From positions 5,192-69,191 of the forward strand of contig CAKOSZ010000007.1 in the NCBI GenBank assembly GCA_934119955.1: a DNA stretch of 64,000 bases, written 5' to 3'. The notes beneath the pieces are model-generated. The model was given only the letters and a program-made list of their open reading frames with translations, did not search any database and was not told where the DNA came from. Shown one piece after another: positions 35,185 to 47,998 of this stretch (its first letter is position 1; each line of letters starts with the position of its first letter). Origin of the DNA: an uncultured Bacilli bacterium. Lineage in GTDB: Bacteria > Bacillota_I > Bacilli_A > RF39 > UBA660. A program made the translations under genes and the position numbers.

Positions 35185-37794
35185 ATGAAAAATAAAAATA
35201 ATAGAAAAATATATATGACTGCAATTATTTTAACGTTTGTTACAACTTTTGTTTTAATGAATGTATTTCATGATAAGTCATATTCTTATAATCCAGATCA
35301 AGATGCTTCTCAAACTGTTATACCTGATGGAACATCTTATACTTTAAGTGGGAAAAATATGTATTCTCATTTTACAATTAAAAACACAGGATTTAGGCTT
35401 AATTATAATGCTTATGGAACTAAAAAATTAAGTAGTTCTAGTGGAGATGCTGTTGTTTATTGTGCTGAGGTTGGTAAAGGACTAGGTAGTGCAGGAAGAA
35501 AGCTTACAAGATATTCATTAAGTAGAAGTGGATTAAATGCAACTGCTCAACAACAATTATATAATATGATGCAATATGCGTATCCCTATATAACATTAAG
35601 TACTTTAAGAGAAGAAATGAAATACTATAATAATGAATATAATGTTGAATTTGAAAAAATTACAGCCCAAGAAGCAATTACAGCAACCCAAGCAGTTATT
35701 TGGGATATTATAAAGGGTAGAAATGGAGATTATTATATAACAACAGGAATTATTCCTTACCAATCAACAGCAGGTTTAAATAAGTTCCAAGGATGTAGTG
35801 GCTATAAAAATAGAATTTTAACTACGGAAGAAGAAAAATGGTTAAATGATTCTGGTTGTGATACTAATGGTTTATTCTACCAAAATGTAGTTAAAACTCC
35901 ATCAAGAGGATCAAGTGAAGAAAAAGTATCAATTAATAGAATAAATAGTTTATATAAAAAATTAAGAGAAATTTCTAAAAAAACTCCTACAAGTAGTGAG
36001 TATGAATCTTATAGTATAGGTTCTAAAAATTTTAATTGTGATGAAACTAATACTTGTAAATTAACAGTTACTATAAATACAAATGTTACTACTTATACAG
36101 CAACTTTTAAAAAAACAGATGGAACTATTTTAAAAACATTTGAAAATACAACTGATAAAACCTTTGTTTTAGAAAATATTCCAGCAACTGAAAAGAATAT
36201 AAATGTAACTTTATCTTCAAATCGTGGTAAATTAAATGTTTTCTATTATAATTCAGGAAATAGTAAACAAGATTTTATTGGTGCTGAGAAGAATACAACT
36301 TATACTACTTTGCAAATTACAAAAGATCCAGGAAAAATAATAATTTATAAAGTATCAGGTTTAAAAGATCAAACAGGAAAAAGTACAAATGTTAATATAA
36401 GTTATGATTATAACGAGGCAACAGATGCTTTATGTACTTTAAATGGTGCAAGTGGTTGTTTAAATGATGCTAAATTTGCTATATATTATAGTGAAGTAAA
36501 TAATAGTAATTTCATTCAAAATTTAACTCCTGTATATTATGAGTCCTTAGTTGAAGAAAATAGAAATATTAATTTAACTCAAACTTCATCAAAATATAAC
36601 TTTACAACAGCAACTTTATCAAATTTATCCCCAGGTATTTACTATATTAAAGAAGTTCGTTCGCCAATAGGATATGATACATATGATTATGGAGTTAGTC
36701 CAGTAGATGCAAATGGATTTATAAAAGTTGAAGTTAAGGAAGGAAAAACAACATCAATTATTGTTAATAATGAACCATCTAAAATTTGTTTTAGAAAAGT
36801 TGAAAAGGGAAATCAATCTAAATTACTAGAAGGAGCAACTTTAAACATTTATGATACTTTTGATGAAGCAATGTACGTAAGTTTTAATACCGAAGAAAAA
36901 GAATATTGTATTGATACTCTTCAATTTGGAACCTATTATTTACTAGAAGAAAAATCTCCTGCAAATTATATAAAACCTAATATTTTGTATAGATTTAATT
37001 ATGCAAGTAAAGATGATTTAATAAATTCAAATAATAGTCAAGCAGAAGAAAATACAATTGCCCCAGGTTATAAAATTGTTGATTTACAAGTAAAAGATAA
37101 TATTGTTTACATAGAAAATGTACCGGGAGCCTATATTACTAAATCAGATCTTGCAACGGGAGAGTGTGTTGAAGGTGCTAAATTAACAATTAAGGATGAA
37201 AAAGGTGAAGTTAAAGACTCTTGGACTTCTAATTGTGATAATGCTTATCAAATAAAAGTAAATTTAACAGGTGATACATCAAGTGATGGTTTAACTCCTG
37301 GAAAATATACTTTAACTGAGGAAATAGCTCCAAGTGGCTATGCAACTGCTGAGACAATTGAATTTACCATAGATGAAAATGGTAAAGTAGATAAATCTCT
37401 TGATATGAAAGATGCTCCAATTGAAGCATGTATTAAAAAAGTAGATAAAAATGGAGAATATGTAACGGGTGCTGAATTTGAAATATATGATGAATTTGAT
37501 AATCTTGTAGATAAATTCACTTCAACTGATGCTCCATATTGTAAAAAATATATGGCTGTTGGAACTTATAAAATTAAAGAAACAAAAGCTCCAAGTGGTT
37601 ATAAAGCCTTAGAAGATGTTGTTACTATAAATGTAATTGATACAAATAACACTCAAACATTTGAAATTGAAAATGAAGTAGATGTTCCAAAAACATCATT
37701 AGATGCTTCCAAAGTTATTACAATGATAGCTTCTGTATTCATTATATTTGGTATAGGATCGGTTGGTTACTATGTTTACCAAAAAAAACATTAA
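35185..37794 (+). CDS. sortase-anchored adhesin with Cna-B/prealbumin-like repeats
   Basis: Signal peptide. Four or more repeats of the G-A-x-F/L-x-I-Y/K...G.Y.L.E...P.GY type (GAKFAIYYSE, GATLNIYDTFDE, GAKLTIKDEKGE, GAEFEIYDEFDN, each with a downstream P-S/A-GY). C-terminal sorting signal VPKTS, a hydrophobic helix and a YQKKH tail. Confidence 0.6.
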   Translation: MKNKNNRKIYMTAIILTFVTTFVLMNVFHDKSYSYNPDQDASQTVIPDGTSYTLSGKNMYSHFTIKNTGFRLNYNAYGTKKLSSSSGDAVVYCAEVGKGLGSAGRKLTRYSLSRSGLNATAQQQLYNMMQYAYPYITLSTLREEMKYYNNEYNVEFEKITAQEAITATQAVIWDIIKGRNGDYYITTGIIPYQSTAGLNKFQGCSGYKNRILTTEEEKWLNDSGCDTNGLFYQNVVKTPSRGSSEEKVSINRINSLYKKLREISKKTPTSSEYESYSIGSKNFNCDETNTCKLTVTINTNVTTYTATFKKTDGTILKTFENTTDKTFVLENIPATEKNINVTLSSNRGKLNVFYYNSGNSKQDFIGAEKNTTYTTLQITKDPGKIIIYKVSGLKDQTGKSTNVNISYDYNEATDALCTLNGASGCLNDAKFAIYYSEVNNSNFIQNLTPVYYESLVEENRNINLTQTSSKYNFTTATLSNLSPGIYYIKEVRSPIGYDTYDYGVSPVDANGFIKVEVKEGKTTSIIVNNEPSKICFRKVEKGNQSKLLEGATLNIYDTFDEAMYVSFNTEEKEYCIDTLQFGTYYLLEEKSPANYIKPNILYRFNYASKDDLINSNNSQAEENTIAPGYKIVDLQVKDNIVYIENVPGAYITKSDLATGECVEGAKLTIKDEKGEVKDSWTSNCDNAYQIKVNLTGDTSSDGLTPGKYTLTEEIAPSGYATAETIEFTIDENGKVDKSLDMKDAPIEACIKKVDKNGEYVTGAEFEIYDEFDNLVDKFTSTDAPYCKKYMAVGTYKIKETKAPSGYKALEDVVTINVIDTNNTQTFEIENEVDVPKTSLDASKVITMIASVFIIFGIGSVGYYVYQKKH

Positions 37795-38428
37795 AAAAGA
37801 AGAGGCCATGCTTATAGTAGGGTCTCTCTTATTAATAATAGCTCTTATACTTTTAAATTACGATAAAATATTAGAAGTTAATAATGAAATCTACAATGAA
37901 ATTCAAGCAAATATATATAAAGAACAAATGAAAAATGATAATATATCAGTTAATATAGATGTAGACTATGTTGAAAAAGATAATTTAGAAGTACCAAAAC
38001 CTGAAAATAACAATTCTGTAAAATACCTTGCTTTTATTGAAATACCAAAAATTAATCTAAATCAAGGAATACTTCCCAAAACATCATATTATAATAATGT
38101 TAACTATCATGTAGAAGTATTAGATATTGCTGATTATCCTGATAAAATAAATGGTAATTTTATTCTAGCAGCCCACTCTGGTACTAGTAACATTGCTTAT
38201 TTTAAATATCTTTATAAATTAAATAAAGGTGATATTGCAAATATTATTTATAATAATAAAAAATATATTTATCAAATAACAAATATTTATACCCAAGAGA
38301 AAAAAGGAAGTTTGACATTATATAGAAATACATCTAAAACAACATTAACATTAATTACTTGTACCAAAAATGATAAAACAAGTCAAACTGTATATATTTT
38401 AGAACTTATTGGAGTAGAAACTTATTAA
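37763..38428 (+). CDS. sortase (class B-like)
   Basis: Catalytic TLITC cysteine motif, a His in LAAHSG and a downstream Arg. N-terminal signal anchor. An alternative start at ATG 37808 avoids the overlap with the adhesin gene. Confidence 0.7.
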   Translation: MVTMFTKKNIKKEEAMLIVGSLLLIIALILLNYDKILEVNNEIYNEIQANIYKEQMKNDNISVNIDVDYVEKDNLEVPKPENNNSVKYLAFIEIPKINLNQGILPKTSYYNNVNYHVEVLDIADYPDKINGNFILAAHSGTSNIAYFKYLYKLNKGDIANIIYNNKKYIYQITNIYTQEKKGSLTLYRNTSKTTLTLITCTKNDKTSQTVYILELIGVETY

Positions 38429-38437
38429 GGAGGTTGT

Positions 38438-38929
38438 ATGAAAGATCCTTTTATAATTAGTAGCATTATATTAGCACTTACATTTATGTTTTTACTAATA
38501 TATAATGATACTTTAAAAAATAAAATAATTAAAATAATATTTTTAATTTTAAGTTTTATTTACTTAACTTTAATTGTTATTTTTGATAATAAATATATCT
38601 ATGATTTTCTAAAATTTTTAATTACCTACATTTGGTATCCTCCATATTTATTATTTGTAACAACTATTTTATTTAGTATAATTAACTTTATTTATACTAT
38701 GTTTAAAAAATTAAGTAGTAAAAGAAAAATAATAAATTACCTCCTTTTTTGTTTAAACTTCTCATGTTATATAACATTTTTAAGATTAAATATAGATTTA
38801 AATTCTTATACAAGTTACTATGCTAGTAATAGTTTAACTGTATTAAGAATAACATCTATATCATTATTAGTATGGTTAATTTTAACAATTATCTTTATAT
38901 TAATAGATAGGAGTAAAAATGAAAAGTAG
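38438..38929 (+). CDS. polytopic membrane protein (hypothetical)
   Basis: 163 aa with 4 TM helices. RBS GGAGG. Confidence 0.35.
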   Translation: MKDPFIISSIILALTFMFLLIYNDTLKNKIIKIIFLILSFIYLTLIVIFDNKYIYDFLKFLITYIWYPPYLLFVTTILFSIINFIYTMFKKLSSKRKIINYLLFCLNFSCYITFLRLNIDLNSYTSYYASNSLTVLRITSISLLVWLILTIIFILIDRSKNEK

Positions 38930-39323
38930 ATATTTATATATGAAATTTTTAGCTTTATTATTAGTAATTGTTGGTTTTAGTTATTCACTTACCAGTTTTA
39001 ATAATTTTTTTGAATATATTTTTGGTTATAAAATATATTATCAAGATGTAAATATTTATTTAATGATTATAGGTTTAATTATACCAGTTTATACTTTTAT
39101 ATATGGAATTTATTTCTATTTTTATACAGATTTTAATATAACTAAACCTAGTAAATTATTAATTACAAATAATATTTTTATGTTGTTAGTTAGTTTATTA
39201 ATCATTTATTTTAAAGAAAAAAATTATTTATGTATATTTGAATTTATTCATATTTCATTCAGTTATTGTTTATTTATTTTAGCAATTATGGGAATATATG
39301 GATGTTTTAAATATAAATATTAA
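38919..39323 (+). CDS. polytopic membrane protein (hypothetical)
   Basis: 134 aa with 4 TM helices. Overlaps the previous ORF. Confidence 0.35.
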   Translation: MKSRYLYMKFLALLLVIVGFSYSLTSFNNFFEYIFGYKIYYQDVNIYLMIIGLIIPVYTFIYGIYFYFYTDFNITKPSKLLITNNIFMLLVSLLIIYFKEKNYLCIFEFIHISFSYCLFILAIMGIYGCFKYKY

Positions 39324-39428
39324 TGTTTACAATTTTAGACAAATTATGTTTGACTTAACAATTTTCTTTTGATATTATTGATAATGTGCGTAAAAATTGG
39401 TACACATATAAGAGGTGTAAATTTAATA

Positions 39429-40394
39429 ATGAAAACAGAAAATAAGTTAAGTTATCCCCTGTTTAGTAACTTAATTATTAGTTTTTTATCTTTAAATTTT
39501 CTTATTTTTAATAATTCAAGACAGTTAGTTTCAGTTAATTTAGATAGTAATAATTTAAAACCTATTTATGAAATGGTAACAAATAAAGAGAGTTTAGTGG
39601 AAAATATGACTATTACAGTTTCTCAAAAAGAAGTAATGAGTCAAAATACTTATAAGAATTATTATGTAAAACCAAGTTATAATAGTGTAACTGGTATGAA
39701 CTTAGTTAATTATGCTAAAAATTACATAGGACTTCCTTATGTTCCAGCAGGTTCTTCTTTGTCAACTGGAACAGATTGTAGTGGTTTTACTAGACTTATT
39801 TATATGGAATTTGGAATTCAACTTGGTAGAACAGTTAATAGTCAACTTTATAGTGGTTCTTATGTTTCCAAAGAAGATTTACAACCAGGTGATTTAGTCT
39901 TTTATGGATATTATCAAGGATATTCGAGTCATGTTGCCATTTATATAGGAGATGGTTTGATTATTCATGAATCTAATCCAAGTGATGGTGTTAAAATTAG
40001 TTCAGTTAATATAATGGTCTATCAAACTGCTAGAAGATTAATAACTTCAAATGTTAATGTATCAAAATCACTTGAAGAAACTAAAACAGAAGATAAAAAT
40101 GAAGAAGATATTAAAGATATTCAAGAAGTTAGTAGTGATATTAATAGTGATAATAATACAGAATTAGAAAATAAAGAAGAAACAATTACAGAAGTTGATG
40201 AGAAAATAAAAAATGATAAAAAACAAACAGAAAATAAACAGGATCATGATAATTTAATAGAAACACCTAATGAATCAGAAGAAGTAAAAGATAATAATCA
40301 AGATTTAAGTGATACAGAAGAAAGTAAAAATATTCAAGAAGAAAACACTCTACTTGAAAAAAATACACAATTAGAAGAAAATCTTGAAAACTAA
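39429..40394 (+). CDS. NlpC/P60-family cell-wall peptidase with an acidic C-terminal tail
   Basis: Catalytic triad context GTDCSGFTRLIY...HVAIYIGDGLIIHES. N-terminal signal/TM. The C-terminal ~110 aa are E/D/N/K-rich. Confidence 0.75.
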   Translation: MKTENKLSYPLFSNLIISFLSLNFLIFNNSRQLVSVNLDSNNLKPIYEMVTNKESLVENMTITVSQKEVMSQNTYKNYYVKPSYNSVTGMNLVNYAKNYIGLPYVPAGSSLSTGTDCSGFTRLIYMEFGIQLGRTVNSQLYSGSYVSKEDLQPGDLVFYGYYQGYSSHVAIYIGDGLIIHESNPSDGVKISSVNIMVYQTARRLITSNVNVSKSLEETKTEDKNEEDIKDIQEVSSDINSDNNTELENKEETITEVDEKIKNDKKQTENKQDHDNLIETPNESEEVKDNNQDLSDTEESKNIQEENTLLEKNTQLEENLEN

Positions 40395-40463
40395 AATTAT
40401 AAAAAAATTAAGCAAAAGGTATTGTCAAAACAAAAATGTTGTTGTATAATATCCTTGTTATTT

Positions 40464-40540
<77 letters not shown>

Positions 40541-40680
40541 TAATGTAATTTAACCCTTTTTTATAAGGGTTTTATTATGAAAAAAATATGTAATTAAAAA
40601 AATTAAATTATTTAAATAAAAATAAATGTAATTCAATTTTCTAGTACTTTTTACTAGTTTTTTTTTTTATTTCATGATAA

Positions 40681-42855
<2,175 letters not shown>

Positions 42856-42859
<4 letters not shown>

Positions 42860-43590
42860 AAATAATAAAATATATAAAAGTTTCTAAATCTAAATATAAA
42901 ATAGTTTTAGAAAATAACGAAACTATTACTTTATATGAAGATGTAATTTTAAAATATGAATTATTATTAAAAAAAGAAATACTTGATTTAAATAGTATCT
43001 TAGAATTTAATAAAAAATATGAATTATATGATAAAGTACTTGGTTATATAAATAAAAAAATTAGATGTGAAAGAGAAATAATAACTTATTTAAAAAAATA
43101 TACAAATGATAATAATTTAATAAATGAAATTATTTTAAAATTAAAAAGTAATAATATTTTAAATAAAGAAACCTATATTGTAAGTTTTATTCACGATAAA
43201 ATATATCTTAGTTTAGATGGACCAGTTAAAATAAAAAATGATTTACTTAATTTAGATTTTGATGAAGACATGATAATTGATAATTTAAAAATATTTGATT
43301 TAGATTTAATAGATGAAAGAATAAATAAATATTTAAATAAACAAATAAAAACTAATAAAAAAAGTAATTATATTTTTAAAAATAAAATGCTTCTTAATTT
43401 ACTTAATTTAGGTTATTCAAAAGAAGATATTACTAGATGTTTAGATAATATTAGTTTAGATGATACTTCAACTTATGAGAAAGAAAAAGAAAAGTTATAT
43501 AAAAAGTATGAGAAGAAGTATTCAGGTTATGAACTTGATATGATAGTAAAAAGAAAATTATATGAAAAAGGGTATTTTAAAGAAATATAG
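42856..43590 (+). CDS. recX: RecX-like regulatory protein
   Basis: K-rich helical repeats with a RecX-like pattern (KYELYDKVLGYINKKIRCEREIITYLKK; IINEIILKLKSNNILNKETYIVSFIHDKI). Weak, composition-biased evidence. Confidence 0.4.
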
Positions 43591-43763
43591 ATTTATAAAT
43601 AAAATTATGAATTTATATTTTTTTTTAAATGTGAACAAGTTTCACATTTTATCCCTTGCAAAGCCTTATAAAATAAGGGTAAAAAAAGTAAAAAAATTTT
43701 TTCAATAAATATGATATTTTCTTATATTATATTTAGGACGAGAAAAGATCCTAGAAAGGAGGT

Positions 43764-44693
43764 TTGGGTATGTTAGAGTTAAAAACTTTAAAAGATCATA
43801 AAAATAATCCAGATGCTTTTATCTATATGGCTTATGATGATATTTTTAAACTTTTAGGAACTAAGAAACATATAAAATTAACAACTTATTTAATCAGTGC
43901 TCTATGTTCTTTAAATTACAAAGATTTAGTTAATAAAGTAATAGTTGCTGATGTTAAAAATAATTCGAGAATGATTGATACTAAACTTGAAAAAGATTTA
44001 TTGTATTTAGTTAATACTCCTAATAAATTTAAAATATCAATTGAAATGAATAGAATATCTAGTTTAAATAAAAATATCATAGATAGAAACTTAGCTTATC
44101 TTGCAGATGCTTATACAACTGGTATTCAAACTAAGGATAATTATAAAGATTTAATACCAACTATTCAATTTAATTTAAATATGTGTGATGTTAAAAAGCA
44201 AAAGCATGTTAAAAATTGTTATTTAGTTCAAGATGATAGTTTAAAATCATTAACAGATAAGTTAAAAATATATCATGTAAATATTTTAAAACTTTATAAA
44301 ATGTGGTATGATGAAAGTATCAAGAAAGAAGATTTATATTTTAAAAAGTTATGTTTTATGGGAGCCTTATTACTTGAAAATGAGTGGACAAAATTCTATG
44401 AATTATTAGATAATGCTCCAAGTGACTTTGATGATGAATTAAAAAATGAAGTAAAGGAGATGTTAGAGTATATGAACGATGATAGTTTATTAGTTGCAAG
44501 ATTTTATGATCCAGATAAAAGAAGAGAATTCTACATGGAAGGTTTTCGTGAAGAAGGACGGGAAGAAGGACGTAAGGAAGAAAGTTTTAAAATTGTTTTT
44601 AATATGTTAAAAAATAAATTTAAAATCAATGATATTATAAAAGTAACTGGATTATCCAAAGAAGAAATTATTAAACTTAAAGAGGAAAATTAA
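43764..44693 (+). CDS. Rpn/YhgA-like (PD-(D/E)XK family) recombination-promoting nuclease / putative transposase
   Basis: C-terminal EG-repeats FREEGREEGRKEESFKIVFNMLKNKFKINDIIKVTGLSKEEIIKLKEE are characteristic of the Rpn C-terminus. The N-terminal nuclease motifs are not clearly visible. Confidence 0.4.
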   Translation: MGMLELKTLKDHKNNPDAFIYMAYDDIFKLLGTKKHIKLTTYLISALCSLNYKDLVNKVIVADVKNNSRMIDTKLEKDLLYLVNTPNKFKISIEMNRISSLNKNIIDRNLAYLADAYTTGIQTKDNYKDLIPTIQFNLNMCDVKKQKHVKNCYLVQDDSLKSLTDKLKIYHVNILKLYKMWYDESIKKEDLYFKKLCFMGALLLENEWTKFYELLDNAPSDFDDELKNEVKEMLEYMNDDSLLVARFYDPDKRREFYMEGFREEGREEGRKEESFKIVFNMLKNKFKINDIIKVTGLSKEEIIKLKEEN

Positions 44694-44777
44694 AAACTAT
44701 TTTCTTCTTTTCTTTTTTCTATAATCTTTTTATTTCTTTTTTTTCTTTTTTTTGATAAAATATATTCAGGTGGTTTT

Positions 44778-46226
44778 ATGGATGACTTAACTATTATAAA
44801 AAGAAAATATGGTGAAGGTATGATGCATCTTTGCCGAGAGTTATTTCCAACTATTTTAGATAAAAAAGGTGTCTTGTCTAAAATATTATTAGATAGTTTT
44901 TATCCAAGTAGAGAAATAATAAAAGATTTATTATCAAATGATTTAATATATGATTTTAGAAACTTTATTTTAAGTAAATATAATAAGTTATATAATGTAC
45001 TTCCTTCTTCCTACAAAACAAATAAAACACCTCAGGAACTTTTAGATGAGGCCGGATATATATTATATGAATGTAAAACTAATTCAGAGATTTTAAAGTT
45101 TAAAAAATATTATCAAAAGAAAGAAGAAATATGTACTTTTAAAGAAAATAGATTATTTACACATCATGTTTTCTTTGCTGTAAAAAAAAATGTTAAAGAA
45201 ATTAAAAGAGAAGATTTTTCAAATCCTAAAAGACAAGATTTATATGGAACAAGTGTTATAAGTATTCAATTCACAAAAGATGATAATCATACTTTATCAA
45301 TTAAAAATAGATACAATCATGTAGTTAATAACCCAGATGCAACATTTTCAAATAATTTAGATAATATTATTCCAGGTCTTACTTATAGTTTTTCTAAACA
45401 CTATGGTTTAAATCAATTAAATCCAACCTATAATTTTTCTATTCCAAATTATATTTTAATAAAAGATAAATATTATAAATACAATTTATCAGTTGAGGAA
45501 ACTTATTATTGTCCAGATAACATAGTGATAATTAATGGGGAAGTTAAACAACTAGAAAAAGAAAGATATTTATTTCTTGATAATTCAATTATTAATCTTG
45601 CTAAACATGAATTTATTCATTTTCAAGATGATTATTTAAAAGAACTACTTGGCAAGATAAAAAAAATAGAAATTAGACTTCTAAATGAAAAAAAGCAAGT
45701 TTATATTGTAAATGAAAAACAAGAAGAAACATTTATAACCTTAAATTCTAATAATGAAATAATTGCTTTAAAAAATAATTATGTTAAAGAACTACCTAAT
45801 GATTTTTTATATTATAATAAAAATTTAGAAGTATTAGAACTATTAAATGTTGAAAGAATTGGTAATAATTTCTTGTACCATAACAATGCTTTAAAACATT
45901 TAAGTATACCAAAGGTAAAAAGTATAGGTAATAACTTTTTATATAATAATACTTGTTTGGAAAGTATAGATTTAGAATTTGTTAATAAAATAGGTCACAA
46001 TTTTATTTGGTTAAATAAAATATTAAATGATGTTAGTTTACCTAATTTAGTTCAAGTAGGAGATAATTTTTTATATAGTAATACAAGTCTTAGAACTTTA
46101 AATTTACCTAATTTATTAAAATTTGGTTCTTGTTTTATGATTTCAAATACCGATTTAGAAAATGTTAATATTCCAAAACTTGGGTTTAATTTTCTTAGTA
46201 AAAGTAAAGTATTTAAAAAGTGGTGA
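44778..46226 (+). CDS. BspA-type leucine-rich-repeat protein
   Basis: The C-terminal half has 7 or more ~23-aa repeats of the form ...IGNNFLY.N..L..L.LP.L... (NNFLYHNNALKHLSIPKV / IGNNFLYNNTCLESIDLEFV / GDNFLYSNTSLRTLNLPNL). Confidence 0.6.
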   Translation: MDDLTIIKRKYGEGMMHLCRELFPTILDKKGVLSKILLDSFYPSREIIKDLLSNDLIYDFRNFILSKYNKLYNVLPSSYKTNKTPQELLDEAGYILYECKTNSEILKFKKYYQKKEEICTFKENRLFTHHVFFAVKKNVKEIKREDFSNPKRQDLYGTSVISIQFTKDDNHTLSIKNRYNHVVNNPDATFSNNLDNIIPGLTYSFSKHYGLNQLNPTYNFSIPNYILIKDKYYKYNLSVEETYYCPDNIVIINGEVKQLEKERYLFLDNSIINLAKHEFIHFQDDYLKELLGKIKKIEIRLLNEKKQVYIVNEKQEETFITLNSNNEIIALKNNYVKELPNDFLYYNKNLEVLELLNVERIGNNFLYHNNALKHLSIPKVKSIGNNFLYNNTCLESIDLEFVNKIGHNFIWLNKILNDVSLPNLVQVGDNFLYSNTSLRTLNLPNLLKFGSCFMISNTDLENVNIPKLGFNFLSKSKVFKKW

Positions 46227-46231
46227 TAAAA

Positions 46232-47989
46232 GTGAGTAAAATAAAAATAATGGATACAAATCTTGCTAATAAAATAGCTGCTGGGGAAGTTGTTGAAAAA
46301 ACAATGAATGTTGTAAAAGAATTAGTAGAAAACTCAATTGATGCAGGTAGTAAAACCATTAAAATAGAATTAATTGATAGTGGTGTTAAAGAAATAAAAG
46401 TAACAGATGATGGTTGTGGTATGGATAAAAATGATGCCACTCTGGCATTTTCAAGACATGCAACTAGTAAACTTAAAACCTTAGATGATTTATTTAATAT
46501 TAATTCCTTAGGTTTTAGAGGAGAAGCCTTACCATCAATTGCTAGTGTTTCTAATGTTGTTTTAAAAACAAGTGATACTAAAACTGGAACAATTGTAGTA
46601 ATTAACGGGGGTAACATTGAAAGTGTTAAATCATGTGATTTAAAAAAAGGTACAACTATTACGGTTAAAGATTTATTTTACAATACCCCAGTAAGACTTA
46701 AATATTTAAAAAGTTTATACACAGAACTTGCTAATATTAGTGATTATGTTAATAAAATGGCTTTAAGTTATCCTAATATTAAATTTATATTAATAAATAA
46801 TGAAAAAGAATTATTAAATACAAATGGATCTGGTGATTTATTAAAAACTATTTTTGATATTTATGGAGTAGTAGTTGCTAATAAAATGATGTATATAGAA
46901 AATATGAACAACGATTATAAAATAAGTGGTTATATTTCTTATCCTGAACTTACTAAGAGTAACCGAGGAAGTATTACCTTACTTGTAAATAATCGGGTTG
47001 TTAAAAATTATGAAATAGTTTCATCAATACTAGAAGCCTATCATACATTTATTCCCAAAGATAGATTTCCATATATTGTTTTAAATATAGAAGTTGATCC
47101 TTTCTTAGTAGATGTTAATGTTCATCCAACTAAAATGGAAGTAAAATTTTCCAAAGAGGATAGTTTAACCTCTTTAATAATAGAAACAATTGATAATAAA
47201 CTAAATAAAAAGACTTTAATTCCAAAGGCTAATCCTTTAAATATTGAAGATAAATACTATGAAGATGATTTAAAAGTAAATGAAGATTTGTTTTCTTATA
47301 AAGAAGAGAAAAATGAAGAAACAATAGAAAAACCTAAATTAGAAGAATTAACTTTTGATTTTTCAGTTAAGGAAGATATAGATGAATATGAAAGTGAAGT
47401 AAATCCAAGAATTAAAGAATTAACCCCTATTGGAATAGTTCATGGAACCTATATTATCTGTGAAAACGAGGATGGGATGTTTATAATTGATCAACATGCC
47501 GCTGCGGAAAGAATTAACTATGAAAAATATTATCATGCTCTAAGTACTCATTCTAAAAATACCACAGATGTTTTAATTCCTTATAAAATAGAACTTCCTT
47601 CAAATGAGTATATTATCCTAGAAAAAAACTTTAATATACTAGATAATTTAGGCTTTAAATATGAAGAATTTGGTAATAATACTATAATTATAAGAACTCA
47701 TCCAACTTGGTTACCTAAATATGCCCCAGTTGAAGCAATTAGAAAAATAATTGATATAATAGTAAAAGAAGAAGACTTTAATGAAGACAAATTTAATGAA
47801 AAAGTATCAATTACCTTAGCTTGCAAAATGAGTATAAAAGCAGGCGATGTTATAACTATGCCAGATATTACTTATTTAATAAATGAACTAAGGCATACTA
47901 AAAATCCATTTACTTGTCCGCATGGTAGACCAACAATTATAACTTACACCAAATATGATTTAGAAAAATTATTTAAAAGAGCAATGTAG
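46232..47989 (+). CDS. mutL: DNA mismatch repair protein MutL
   Basis: GHKL ATPase motifs: NKIAAGEVVE, ELVENSIDAG, and DDGCGM. Confidence 0.85.
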   Translation: MSKIKIMDTNLANKIAAGEVVEKTMNVVKELVENSIDAGSKTIKIELIDSGVKEIKVTDDGCGMDKNDATLAFSRHATSKLKTLDDLFNINSLGFRGEALPSIASVSNVVLKTSDTKTGTIVVINGGNIESVKSCDLKKGTTITVKDLFYNTPVRLKYLKSLYTELANISDYVNKMALSYPNIKFILINNEKELLNTNGSGDLLKTIFDIYGVVVANKMMYIENMNNDYKISGYISYPELTKSNRGSITLLVNNRVVKNYEIVSSILEAYHTFIPKDRFPYIVLNIEVDPFLVDVNVHPTKMEVKFSKEDSLTSLIIETIDNKLNKKTLIPKANPLNIEDKYYEDDLKVNEDLFSYKEEKNEETIEKPKLEELTFDFSVKEDIDEYESEVNPRIKELTPIGIVHGTYIICENEDGMFIIDQHAAAERINYEKYYHALSTHSKNTTDVLIPYKIELPSNEYIILEKNFNILDNLGFKYEEFGNNTIIIRTHPTWLPKYAPVEAIRKIIDIIVKEEDFNEDKFNEKVSITLACKMSIKAGDVITMPDITYLINELRHTKNPFTCPHGRPTIITYTKYDLEKLFKRAM

Positions 47990-47998
47990 GAGGTAATA

